A DNA stretch of 55,589 nucleotides from a plasmid. The DNA is taken from sequence record NZ_CP025692.1. One strand, given 5' to 3'. Of this stretch, positions 28,705-38,637 are shown piece by piece. The notes beneath the pieces are model-generated. The model had not been told where the DNA came from. It saw only the letters and a list, made by a program, of their open reading frames with translations, and made no database searches. A program made the translations under genes and the position numbers. Each line of letters begins with the position of its first letter. Within the stretch, counting starts at the first letter, position 1.

Positions 28705-29859
28705 TTGGAATTTTTAGGTACCTTGGTGATCATCTTGATTACAACTAGTCTATTTGGCCATCTAGCCTCTAGGGTTGGTATCCCAGCAGTGATCGGTCAA
28801 TTATTTGTTGGAATTATTCTTGGCCCTGCGTTGTTGAATTGGGTTCACGCCAATGATTTCATCCATATTTTTTCAGAGATTGGGGTTATCATCTTAATGT
28901 TTATCGCCGGACTTGAGAGTGATCTTACATTGCTTAAAAAATATTTGCGTCCTAGCATAATTGTCGCGTTGTTAGGAGTTTTGATTCCGATGGTACTGAT
29001 CTATCCAGTTGGTATTGTTTTTGGCTTGACACAATTTGAAAGCTTGTTTTTGAGCGTTATTTTTGCCGCAACGTCGGTTTCAATTTCAGTTGCTGTCATG
29101 AAAGAACTAAATTTACTTGATAGTAAGAGCGGTTCAACAGTCCTCGGTGCCGCGGTGGTTGACGATGTGCTAGCTGTCGTTTTACTTAGCATTATGGTAA
29201 GTTTAATAGGTACAAAGGCTGGTACGGATACCCAGATACCGCTAGCTCTGACTTTTTTAGAGCAGCTAATTTACTTTGCCGCAATTTATTTCGTGATGCG
29301 TTTTATCGCCCCTCTCCTCGCTAGACTAGGCACCAAATTATTGAATCCAGTGGGACCTACTATAATGGCGATGATTTTGTGTTTTGGTATGGCATATATT
29401 GCAAATCTGATTGGACTGAGTGCAGTAATTGGGGCCTTTTTTGCAGGAATTGCGATTGCACAAACTCATGTAGCTCATGAAGTTGATCAAAGTATCGAAC
29501 CAATCGGTTATGCGATTTTCATTCCTGTATTCTTCGTTTCAATTGGTTTAAGTATGTCACTAGCTGGCATAGAACACGATTTGTTATTAATTATCGTATT
29601 GACAATTGTGGCAACACTGACGAAACTATTAGGAGCGGGGAGTGGGGCTAAATGGGCCGGATTCAGTTCGAATGAAGCTTACCTCGTTGGTGCAGGGATG
29701 GTCTCGCGTGGGGAAATGGCCTTGATTATCGCTCAAATAGGCTACCAATCCAAACTAATCAGTGATGATTACTATTCGGCAATTATCACTGCCATTATCC
29801 TAACAACGTTATTAGCACCATTACTACTCAAACATGCGGCTCGTCATATAAACTACTAA
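28705..29859 (+). CDS. cation:proton antiporter (CPA/NhaP-KefB-like)
   Basis: 384 aa, about 11 to 12 TMS. TTG start after GAGGAGG. Confidence 0.7.
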   Translation: MEFLGTLVIILITTSLFGHLASRVGIPAVIGQLFVGIILGPALLNWVHANDFIHIFSEIGVIILMFIAGLESDLTLLKKYLRPSIIVALLGVLIPMVLIYPVGIVFGLTQFESLFLSVIFAATSVSISVAVMKELNLLDSKSGSTVLGAAVVDDVLAVVLLSIMVSLIGTKAGTDTQIPLALTFLEQLIYFAAIYFVMRFIAPLLARLGTKLLNPVGPTIMAMILCFGMAYIANLIGLSAVIGAFFAGIAIAQTHVAHEVDQSIEPIGYAIFIPVFFVSIGLSMSLAGIEHDLLLIIVLTIVATLTKLLGAGSGAKWAGFSSNEAYLVGAGMVSRGEMALIIAQIGYQSKLISDDYYSAIITAIILTTLLAPLLLKHAARHINY

Positions 29860-29981
29860 AACATTTTAGCGGTATGACACCCCTTCTCTGTGAAAAATAA
29901 CTACTAGATTTCATCGAGATATTGCCTAGTTTAATTAAGTACTAAATTATATAATATTGGTTATAATGGAGGATTAGTTAT

Positions 29982-31550
29982 TTGATACAGCTTGTAAAAG
30001 AAAAATTTGACGTTACTCGTTTGCGATTTGTTTTACTCGGCCTGCTTGTGGGTTTAATGAGTGGCACCGTTGTTAGCTTATTTCGCTATTGTATTGAGAT
30101 AGGGCTGCACTATAGTCGATTGGTATATAGATACTTACGAATCGCGCCGTTTGTTTGGTGGGAATGGGCATTGTTGATAGGCATCAACCTTGGTTTAGCG
30201 TTAATTGTGGCTCGACTTCTCAAGAGAGAACCTTATATCGCTGGTTCTGGAATTCCGCAAGTTGAAGGTCAATTGGCTGGTGAATTGGAAATGCACTGGT
30301 GGTCAATTCTTTGGCGAAAATTTATCGGTGGTATTCTGGCATTGGGACCTGGATTATTTCTCGGACGAGAAGGACCAGCGATTCAATTAAGTGCGTCAGT
30401 TGGTCAAGGTTTCGCTTCTGAGTTTAAGTTATCAGGAACTGATCGCCGACTACTAATTGCATCAGGCGCCGCTGCTGGATTAGCAGCAGCGTTTAATGCC
30501 CCCATTGCTGGAACTCTATTTGTCTTAGAAGAGATTTACCATAATTTTTCACCGCTGGTTTGGTTAACAGCATTAGCCGGAGCAATTGGTTCAAATTTTA
30601 TTTCGCTGAATGTTTTCGGACTTGTTCCCGTGTTACATTTAAGTTATTCACGTAGTTTACCAGTATCAAATTATTGGCACTTAATTTTACTCGGCATTGT
30701 TTTGGGATTATTTGGTTACTTATATCAACGGGTCTTGTTAGTTATGCCTAGGTGGTATCATCAATTGACACATTTGCCACGCCCAATACAAGGTATCGTA
30801 CCATTTCTGCTGGTAATTTTAGTTGGTTACTTTTCGCCAAATTTACTCGGTGGTGGTAATGGCTTAATTTTGGGATTTGGCCAGCATGTTCCACCTTTGT
30901 TTGTACTAATTGCAATTTTTATTATACGATTCGTCTTTTCAATGATTTCATATGGTTCCGGATTACCTGGCGGTATTTTCTTGCCGATTCTTTCTTTAGG
31001 TGCTGTGATTGGTGCGGTTTATGGCGTCTTAATGAATCAATTAGGATTATTATCGCATGTCTATATCATGAACCTAATCATTTTTTCCATGGCCGGTTAC
31101 TTTGCTGGAATCGGAAAAGCTCCCTTCACAGCTATCTTGCTGGTAACAGAAATGGTTGGCAATTTAACACATTTAATGCCATTAGCAGTCATATCGTTAA
31201 CTGCTTACCTTGTTGTTGATTTATTAGGCGGTGCACCAATCTATGAAGCATTGCTTAAGCAGATGACAATGCCTAAAACTGTTCAGCAACTTCATCGACC
31301 TGATCATTTGGAAATACCGGTTTTCTTTGGCAGTCCCTTAAACGGCAAAATGGTCCGAGACATGCCATGGCCTAAAGAAGCACTGCTCATTGGAATCCGG
31401 CGTGGCGAACAAGAAGTGATTCCACATGGTGACACCTTGATTCATGAAGGTGATACGTTAGTACTGTTAACTGATACAACCCAACGACCCCAAGTTAAAC
31501 AACGGATTGATGCATTATTAGCAACCTTAGAAAAAAAGCACCAAGACTAA
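29982..31550 (+). CDS. ClC-family chloride channel / H+-Cl- antiporter with C-terminal TrkA-C domain
   Basis: GSGIPQ, GREGP and GIFLP selectivity motifs. The C-terminal roughly 80 aa are TrkA-C-like. Confidence 0.9.
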   Translation: MIQLVKEKFDVTRLRFVLLGLLVGLMSGTVVSLFRYCIEIGLHYSRLVYRYLRIAPFVWWEWALLIGINLGLALIVARLLKREPYIAGSGIPQVEGQLAGELEMHWWSILWRKFIGGILALGPGLFLGREGPAIQLSASVGQGFASEFKLSGTDRRLLIASGAAAGLAAAFNAPIAGTLFVLEEIYHNFSPLVWLTALAGAIGSNFISLNVFGLVPVLHLSYSRSLPVSNYWHLILLGIVLGLFGYLYQRVLLVMPRWYHQLTHLPRPIQGIVPFLLVILVGYFSPNLLGGGNGLILGFGQHVPPLFVLIAIFIIRFVFSMISYGSGLPGGIFLPILSLGAVIGAVYGVLMNQLGLLSHVYIMNLIIFSMAGYFAGIGKAPFTAILLVTEMVGNLTHLMPLAVISLTAYLVVDLLGGAPIYEALLKQMTMPKTVQQLHRPDHLEIPVFFGSPLNGKMVRDMPWPKEALLIGIRRGEQEVIPHGDTLIHEGDTLVLLTDTTQRPQVKQRIDALLATLEKKHQD

Positions 31551-31765
31551 GTTAATAGGTAAATTGGTTTATCATAATGGTAGGTATCAGATTAAGTGGG
31601 TCCGTTGGCAGACATAAACATATTGGAAAACTATATACAAATACGGTGAAGTACGAAAAACGCTGAAACAGAATTAGTTGAACCTATTTTGAAAAATACA
31701 AAGATAAATAATATGCCGAAAATGCCTTGCTACCCAATTTTTCATAGTCATGCTATAATGTAGAC

Positions 31766-31888
31766 AGAAAAGGAAGCCTTGCGCTAACAAGACTTCCTAC
31801 GCAAGCCGCTTCAAAGGCGGTGGCGAAGTTAATAAGACAGCATTAAGCTACCCTGTAACCTACCAAAGTTACGCAGGGCGGCTTTTTT
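31766..31888 (+). ncRNA. candidate antitoxin sRNA, copy 2
   Basis: aTGcTATAAT promoter at 31750-31759. Hairpins and terminator nearly identical to copy 1. Confidence 0.45.
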
Positions 31889-31976
31889 ATTTGTGGTGCT
31901 TGTCGATATAGCTGAGTAGCGCGATTAAAAACGTGCCAAACAGCAACATCAACGAGAGTGCCTGGAAGACGCTCAT
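31887..31976 (-). CDS. Fst-like toxin peptide, copy 2 (29 aa: MSVFQALSLMLLFGTFLIALLSYIDKHHK)
   Basis: Same frame as copy 1. All differences are conservative. Confidence 0.55.
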   Translation of the reverse strand: MSVFQALSLMLLFGTFLIALLSYIDKHHK

Positions 31977-32260
31977 TGACTGTGAAACCTTCCTGAAGAT
32001 TATTCCATGTTCCCATGGGCCTCACCTCACAAGGGAAAAGACAGCCACCGCCCTTAAACCTTCCTGCGTAATCTATTATACAGGTGAATTAAGTATTGAC
32101 CAAGCACAATAAAAATAGATCATGGAGTTTCATGGGATCCTAAATTTGATCAAATTAAGAATCAGCAAAACATCTTTTGTAGATACCCTTTTTTGAGTTC
32201 CTGGAGTTTTTCAAGCTTACGCTGATGAAGAGCTATAGTATCGTCTAGCTGTTTGAAAAA

Positions 32261-33292
32261 GGCAAATTCTATAATTAATCCGAACAGAAATTAAAAAGCC
32301 CAAAGCAATCACTTACAATGGTAGTAGCTAATTCCAACCAATATAGGGAGTGATTACTTTGGGTACATCTACTTTATCACGTTTTCAACGTGGCGCACTA
32401 GCACAACTGGTCAATGAGGGAAATAAATCTTACCAAGTAATGGCTGACGCCTTAGGCGTCGCCAAAGCTACGATTAGCTATGAGTTGGACCGGGTTAAAC
32501 CTTATGATCCAGAATTAGCTCAGCAAGATGCAGATCGCAAAAGGCGGAATTGCGGTCGTCGTTCGATGCTGACGGCAGCATTAGCGACTTTAATTACCAA
32601 TCACTTACGATTAACCTGGTCACCAGAAACCATTGCGGCCGCTTATAACTTGAGCACTGCGTCAATTTATAATTGGCTTAATCGTGGCTGGCTCCCCTTC
32701 AAATTGACTGATCTACCCAATCGGAATGTCCGCCAGCACCGAGTGAGCGAAAATCGTGGGAAATTTACAAGTGGGACTTCCATCGAACAACGGCCAACAA
32801 CTGTTAATCAACGGTTAGCTTTTGGTCATTGGGAAGTAGATACGGTGCTTTCTAGTCGAAGTGAGCCACGATCATGTCTGGTTACATTCGTAGAACGTAA
32901 GACCCGACTTCTATGGGCCATCAAAGCCCCTAATAGAACGGCTAAGGCTCTAAACACCGCCTTTGGCAAGTTTATGGGGGCCTTCGGTCCCCAAGTAAAA
33001 TCCATTACTGTTGATCATGGTAAAGAGTTTGCCAATTATCAGGCCTTAGAACAGGATTATCAGATCAAAGTTTATTTTTGCCATCCATATTCACCATGGG
33101 AGCGAGGTTCCAATGAATATTTTAATAGACGGTTACGCTGGTTCTTCCCGAAAAAGACCAATTTTAGCCAAGTAACGACTGATGAGATCCTAGCAGCACT
33201 TGAACTAATTAATCAACGACCATTAAAAATACATCATCAACAGACTGCCATTGAAAGATTCCGGGCTTGTTCGGATTAAACTTGTAATTTGC
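32261..33292 (+). mobile_element. IS30-family element #2 (1032 bp)
   Basis: IRs GGCAAATTCTATAATTAATCCGAAC and GTTCGGATTAAACTTGTAATTTGC. The transposase stop overlaps the right IR. Confidence 0.85.
32350..33279 (+). CDS. IS30-family transposase
   Basis: 309 aa, N-terminal HTH plus DDE core (...CHPYSPWERGSNE...). Confidence 0.9.
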   Translation: MITLGTSTLSRFQRGALAQLVNEGNKSYQVMADALGVAKATISYELDRVKPYDPELAQQDADRKRRNCGRRSMLTAALATLITNHLRLTWSPETIAAAYNLSTASIYNWLNRGWLPFKLTDLPNRNVRQHRVSENRGKFTSGTSIEQRPTTVNQRLAFGHWEVDTVLSSRSEPRSCLVTFVERKTRLLWAIKAPNRTAKALNTAFGKFMGAFGPQVKSITVDHGKEFANYQALEQDYQIKVYFCHPYSPWERGSNEYFNRRLRWFFPKKTNFSQVTTDEILAALELINQRPLKIHHQQTAIERFRACSD

Positions 33293-33572
33293 TAACTGAA
33301 AAATTAATTTTACCTTGACCCAGTTACCTGGTGTGCATCAAATAAGTAGTGATTGAGCACCAAACGAAAAGATTTATTAGATTAATAAGTAAAGCAAACC
33401 CCTGAGTTGGAGTAAATCCAAACTCAGGGGTTTTACTGGTCTAACTGTTTTTCAGACCATTCTCTGTAAACTGCATCTGGCCACTAGGGTATACCCTAGT
33501 GGACGTTTTTGCTTCTGTGCTATACTAGGAATTACAAGTGTTCATTAGAACTGTCCAAAAGGAGAATTGGAA

Positions 33573-34160
33573 ATGGCTAAAATCGGTTATGCGCGTGTGA
33601 GTTCCAAGGAGCAACATTTAGATCGACAGTTAGCGGCTTTAAAAGACGTTGATAAATTATTTACGGATAAATTAAGTGGGGCTAATACTAATCGGCCAGA
33701 ACTGCAAAAAATGCTGGCCTATATTCGTGAGGGTGATATTGTAATGGTCACTGAATTAGATCGCTTAGGCAGAAACAACCAGGATTTAACTAAGATCATG
33801 AACACCATTAAAAATAAGGGTGCCACCCTAGATGTGTTAAATTTGCCGTCCATGACAGGGATTGCTGACCCAAATTTACGTCAACTGATGACCAACTTGA
33901 TTATTGAACTCTATAAGTATCAGGCCGAAAGTGAACGTAAGCGAATCATTGAGCGCCAGCAACAAGGGATTGCCTTAGCTAAGCAGCAGGGTAAATATCA
34001 TGGGCGCAAACCCCAATATGCCAAAGATGATCCCCGTTTGCAACATGCTTTTAAGCTTTATCGAGCTGGCATGAGTGACATTGATGTGTCCCGAAATACA
34101 GGTATTAAACGGACGACCTTTATTCGATACCGTGTGAAATACGGTATTAAAAGAAAATAG
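33573..34160 (+). CDS. small serine recombinase (resolvase/invertase family)
   Basis: MAKIGYARVSSKEQHLDRQ catalytic Ser motif, C-terminal HTH. RBS AAAGGAG. Confidence 0.85.
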   Translation: MAKIGYARVSSKEQHLDRQLAALKDVDKLFTDKLSGANTNRPELQKMLAYIREGDIVMVTELDRLGRNNQDLTKIMNTIKNKGATLDVLNLPSMTGIADPNLRQLMTNLIIELYKYQAESERKRIIERQQQGIALAKQQGKYHGRKPQYAKDDPRLQHAFKLYRAGMSDIDVSRNTGIKRTTFIRYRVKYGIKRK

Positions 34161-34464
34161 GGTCCCCCTTTTGGTTAGCACATGTTAACTGAAAGGGTCC
34201 CTATTTTCTTTACTTAATAAGTCTAATTAAATTAGTGGCCTTGGTCGAAGAAGGCATCAACTATTTTAATCAACTAGATCGTTCACCGGCAAGAAACGAC
34301 CTCACCCCAGCGGAATACTGGAATGAGGCCGTTTAAGCAAAGCAAAACTTATATTATTTCAAATGACAACTTGACAGGGACTAGTACAACTCAGGGGGCT
34401 TTACTTTAATATTTCCTGTAGATATTAGCCTTTTTTTAATTTTAATTATGTCTAGAAGCCTATG

Positions 34465-35415
34465 TTAGAAGTCATAGTCGCCGCTACTCATAGCTTCAGC
34501 ATTACCCATTAGATAGCCAGCACCAACTTGTGAAAAGAAATCATGATTGGCCGTTTCGGTTGAAATTCCGTTCATTACGATTGGGTTGATATCTTTAATC
34601 TCAGCATTGGGGAAGCGGGATTCAAAGCCCATATTTTGGAGCGCCTTGTTGGCGTTGTAGTGAACGAATTGTTTAACGTCTTCCGCTAACCCAATCGGCG
34701 CGTAAACTTCTTCGGTGAACGCAAACTCGTTCTCAAGGAGATCGTCGAGCAACTCATCCATCCACTTTTTGAATGTTTTTTGTTCAGTCGCCGATAGCTC
34801 GTTATATCCCAATTGAAATTTGTAGCCGAGGTAGGTACCATGAACAGATTCATCGCGGATCACCAGTTTGATAACTTCAGAAAGATTTGCCAGCTTATTG
34901 TTACCACGGTACCAAAGTGGGGTAAAAAAGTTGGTGTAGTACAAAATTCCTTCAAGAAAGACGCTTGCAACTTTCTTTTCAAGGTTGTTTCCCGTTTGAT
35001 AAATATCATTGATCCGTTTGGCTTTGTATTGCATTCTGGGATTATTGTTCATCCATTTGAATACTTCGTCAACAGTGGCTTGATCGTTCAAAGATGTCAA
35101 AATAGTGCCGTAGCTTTTGGCATGAATTGACTCCATCATCAAAAAGTCATTGAGGACTGCTGCTTCTTTTCGTGTCCGAACGTCGGGCCGCATCACGTCG
35201 ACTCCTTCTTCAGATTGGAGTGTGTCTAGCAAGGCTAATCCACCCACAACCCGATTGATAACCGATTTTTCGGTGCCAGAGAGTGTCCGCCAGTCCCGTA
35301 AATCATTAGAAACAGGTACTCGCGTATCCAGCCAGTATTGTGCCGTTGCTTTATCCCATACATATTCGTCAAGTTCGTCTTCGATGATGTCCCAATTAAT
35401 TGTTTTATAGCTCAT
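34465..35415 (-). CDS. nrdF: class Ib ribonucleotide reductase beta subunit NrdF (canonical)
   Basis: All six metal ligands are present (D in LLDTLQ, E/H in MMESIHAKSY, E in FLEG, E/H in RDESVHG), with Tyr in ESIHAKSY and a C-terminal DYDF. Confidence 0.9.
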   Translation of the reverse strand: MSYKTINWDIIEDELDEYVWDKATAQYWLDTRVPVSNDLRDWRTLSGTEKSVINRVVGGLALLDTLQSEEGVDVMRPDVRTRKEAAVLNDFLMMESIHAKSYGTILTSLNDQATVDEVFKWMNNNPRMQYKAKRINDIYQTGNNLEKKVASVFLEGILYYTNFFTPLWYRGNNKLANLSEVIKLVIRDESVHGTYLGYKFQLGYNELSATEQKTFKKWMDELLDDLLENEFAFTEEVYAPIGLAEDVKQFVHYNANKALQNMGFESRFPNAEIKDINPIVMNGISTETANHDFFSQVGAGYLMGNAEAMSSGDYDF

Positions 35416-35429
35416 TAGTTGAATACTCC

Positions 35430-36356
35430 TTAAAAGTCGTAGTCGTCATCGGTCATTTTTTCAGTGTCCGATTCATTGTTTGCAGCTGTTACCTGTTGCA
35501 AAAATTGATTTTGGTCAATCATCAGTTCTTTGAGTTGCGCCACTAGTGAAGACGGTTGAACTTCGTAGACAGCGTTAAAGCCAAGTGACATTAATGCATG
35601 ATTGGCACCATAGGAGGCCAGATTGATGGCTTCGGTGGCATCGTCAAGGTTAGCTTCTAAGAAGTTTTTTTCAGTTTGCATGAGTTGATCAAACTGTGTA
35701 TTAATCCAATACTGCAGTTCGGTTTGATCACTTACAGTGAGTTCTTCAAATCTGAGGCGAAATTTGTAACCAATATAAGCACTAAAAAGAGCGCTACCGC
35801 GGAGAATATTAGCCAACATTTGGTAAGTATTGACGAGAGCCTGTGTTTGAAGTATTGTCCAGTATTTACCAAACGAGAGCCCAGTTTCAGTCAGAATAAA
35901 AAGGGCTTTTTTCTGTAAGGCCATATCGCTAGTGCTCATTTGGGCTAGTTGGTCAATTTCAGCTTGCAGATTGGCATTATCATCTGCCCAAGTAAAACTT
36001 TCACCGCCGTTACCCGGAATCAGAGCCCGGAAAATGGTCGTACAGCTTTTGGCATGGACTGATTTCATAAAGGTAATGGTGTTTAATACGGATTCTTCTT
36101 GTTGAGTTCGCCGATCGTGGCGAATAGCAGGGGTGCCAACTTCTGATTGGTAGACGGCTAACATTGATGTACCTGCCAACATACGAGTAATGGCCTGTTG
36201 TTGAGTATCTGATAGCTGTTGCCAAGCCGTTTGATCATTCGTGATGGGAATCCGAATGTCCAACCAAAAGTTAGTGGTGAGTCGTTCCCACATGTATTTA
36301 TCGAAATTATCTTTAATGTCATCCCAGTTAATTGCTTTGTAGTATAAGTAGTCCAT
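35430..36356 (-). CDS. NrdF paralogue lacking most metal ligands and the radical Tyr (pseudo-R2 subunit)
   Basis: Aligned to the neighbouring NrdF: D to A (MLAVYQ), E to K and Y to C (FMKSVHAKSC), E to S and H to F (LRGSALFSAY). The C-terminal DDDYDF tail is retained. Confidence 0.8.
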   Translation of the reverse strand: MDYLYYKAINWDDIKDNFDKYMWERLTTNFWLDIRIPITNDQTAWQQLSDTQQQAITRMLAGTSMLAVYQSEVGTPAIRHDRRTQQEESVLNTITFMKSVHAKSCTTIFRALIPGNGGESFTWADDNANLQAEIDQLAQMSTSDMALQKKALFILTETGLSFGKYWTILQTQALVNTYQMLANILRGSALFSAYIGYKFRLRFEELTVSDQTELQYWINTQFDQLMQTEKNFLEANLDDATEAINLASYGANHALMSLGFNAVYEVQPSSLVAQLKELMIDQNQFLQQVTAANNESDTEKMTDDDYDF

Positions 36357-36462
36357 CGTTATTTGTTCGTCTCCTTAATTAGGATTCATGGGTATATGGG
36401 TCTTGTGACCCAATAACGTATGCCGGTGTGTTAAACGGACGGTAAGACCTCAAGTGAATTTC

Positions 36463-38631
36463 CTAGATCATGCATGATTCACATTCATTTGCCGTTTTAA
36501 TTTCATCGTCTTCTGTAAACGTTCGAATGTAATAAAGTGACTTAATGCCTTTTGTCCAGGCGTAATTCCGTAACCGGTTAAGGTCTCGGGTTGTCATCTT
36601 TAAATTGTTATTGTCCTTCCACTCGTAAAGGTCAGGTTTCAAAACTGAACGCATAAATAGTGTCAGACTCATGCCTTGATCAATGTGCTTTTGAGCTACG
36701 GCATAGGTGTCAATAATTTTTCGTTGATCAATATCATATGCGGGTGTGTAGTAAGGCAAAGTTTCGTTAGACAGGTAAGGTGCTGGATAGAAGATTGAGC
36801 CTACCTTATTTTCCTGACGTTGTTCTACTAATTGTGTGATTGGATGAAGTGATGCACTTGTTTCATTGACGTACGAAATTGACCCGTTCGGTGCCACAGC
36901 GAGTCTATTACGATGATAAAGGCCGCCAGTAATCACAGCTTGCTTGAGTGCCTTCCAATCTGTAACAGATGGTAATTTAATATTTTTGAAGATTTTTGCA
37001 ACTTTGGTACTCTTAAATTTAAAGTCTGCGTTCAAGTATTGATCGAAGTAACTGCCATCAGCGTACTTTGATTGGTCAAATTTAGCGAAGGTTTCGTGGC
37101 GTTCACGGGCAATTCGATTGCTCGTAACGAGTGAATAGTAGTTTAAAGCTAGGAAGTAGGCATCAGTAAATTCAAGGGCCTCTGGTGAGCCATACTCAAT
37201 TTGGTGGCGTGCAAGGGCAGTATGCAGACCCATAGCCCCTAATCCAATCGTGTGGTAAAGTTCGTTACCATGTTTAACAGTCGGTACTTCCTTAACGTCG
37301 GTTGTGTCAGTTACGAGGGTGAGCGCACGAACAGCAACCTCAACTGAGTGACCGAAGTCCGGCGAGTCAATCATATTCATGATATTAGTTGATCCGAGAT
37401 TACATGAAATATCGGTGCCAATTGTCTTGTACGATAGGTCATCATCAAGTTTTGACGGTTCTTGAGGCTGTAAGATCTCACTACAAAGGTTACTCATAAT
37501 AATTTTGCCATCGACAGGGTTAGTTTGGTTGGCCGTATCAATGTTCAAGATGTAAGGATAACCAGATTCTTGTTGGAGTTGAGAAATCTTTTGTTCTAGT
37601 TTCCGCGCGTTAAAAACTGACTTCTTAATATTGGGGTTAGCGACCATGTTGTTATATTCTTTGGTGATATCGATGTAAGCAAATGGCGTACGATATTCAC
37701 GTTCGACATCATAGGGGCTAAAAAGATACATTGGTTCGTTAGTCTTGAGTAATTCATAATATTTATCAGGAACAATCAAACCGAGGGACAAGGTCTTCAC
37801 CCGAATTTTTTCGTCTGCATTTTCCTTTTTGGTATCCAGAAAATGTAAGATGTCAGGATGGAAGACGTTGAGATAAACCACTCCGGCGCCGTTCCGTTGC
37901 CCAAGTTGGTTACTGTAGCTAAATGAGTCTTCAAGTAACTTCATCACTGGTACAACGCCAGACGAGGCGTTGGAAATCTGCTTAATAGGATCACCTGAGG
38001 CGCGCAAGTTTGACAGGTTAACGCCGACGCCCCCACCGATTCGAGATAGTTGAAGGGCAGAATTAACGCCGCGTCCAATTGAGAGCATGGAGTCGGCCAC
38101 ATCGATTAAAAAACATGATACCATTTCACCGCGCCGTTTTTTACCCGCGTTGAGAAACGTGGGGGTGGCAGGCTGATAACGTTGTGAAATCAATTCATCG
38201 GCAACGTCATTGGCAAGTTGTTCATCACCATTAGCGAGATAGAGGGCATTGAAGACGACGCGATCGACAAAGTCTTCCAAAAATTGCTGGCCATCATTAG
38301 TTTTCATGGCATATTGTGTGTAGAACTTGTAGGCACCGAGAAAGCTGCGAAAACGAAAGTGATGGTCTCTCATTTGGTCGAACAAGGACTGCACAAACTT
38401 GTGAGAGTATTGTTCCAGGATACTTGGATCGATATAATCTTCGTCAACCAAGTAATTTAACTTGGCATTTAACGAATCAAATTGCTTGGTCTTCGGTTTA
38501 ACTGTCTCTTCGAAATAAGCCTTTAGGGCTTCTTGATCATAATGTAGCGGAATTTCTCCGTTGCTTGGGATATTTACGAGGTTATTTAAGTAAAAATAGG
38601 TATTTTCCATTTTGGGGGTGCTAGTTACCAT
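36463..38631 (-). CDS. nrdE: class Ib ribonucleotide reductase alpha subunit NrdE
   Basis: 722 aa, conserved RNR catalytic core, C-terminal CESCMI. Confidence 0.9.
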   Translation of the reverse strand: MVTSTPKMENTYFYLNNLVNIPSNGEIPLHYDQEALKAYFEETVKPKTKQFDSLNAKLNYLVDEDYIDPSILEQYSHKFVQSLFDQMRDHHFRFRSFLGAYKFYTQYAMKTNDGQQFLEDFVDRVVFNALYLANGDEQLANDVADELISQRYQPATPTFLNAGKKRRGEMVSCFLIDVADSMLSIGRGVNSALQLSRIGGGVGVNLSNLRASGDPIKQISNASSGVVPVMKLLEDSFSYSNQLGQRNGAGVVYLNVFHPDILHFLDTKKENADEKIRVKTLSLGLIVPDKYYELLKTNEPMYLFSPYDVEREYRTPFAYIDITKEYNNMVANPNIKKSVFNARKLEQKISQLQQESGYPYILNIDTANQTNPVDGKIIMSNLCSEILQPQEPSKLDDDLSYKTIGTDISCNLGSTNIMNMIDSPDFGHSVEVAVRALTLVTDTTDVKEVPTVKHGNELYHTIGLGAMGLHTALARHQIEYGSPEALEFTDAYFLALNYYSLVTSNRIARERHETFAKFDQSKYADGSYFDQYLNADFKFKSTKVAKIFKNIKLPSVTDWKALKQAVITGGLYHRNRLAVAPNGSISYVNETSASLHPITQLVEQRQENKVGSIFYPAPYLSNETLPYYTPAYDIDQRKIIDTYAVAQKHIDQGMSLTLFMRSVLKPDLYEWKDNNNLKMTTRDLNRLRNYAWTKGIKSLYYIRTFTEDDEIKTANECESCMI

Positions 38632-38637
38632 TAGGGA

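Noticed and set aside
34813-35410. Antisense ORFs within nrdF (34813-35130, 35150-35410) and within the NrdF paralogue and NrdE (35676-35918, 36010-36225, 38218-38501)
   Set aside because: They lie opposite well-supported conserved genes, with no RBS, and are typical shadow ORFs.
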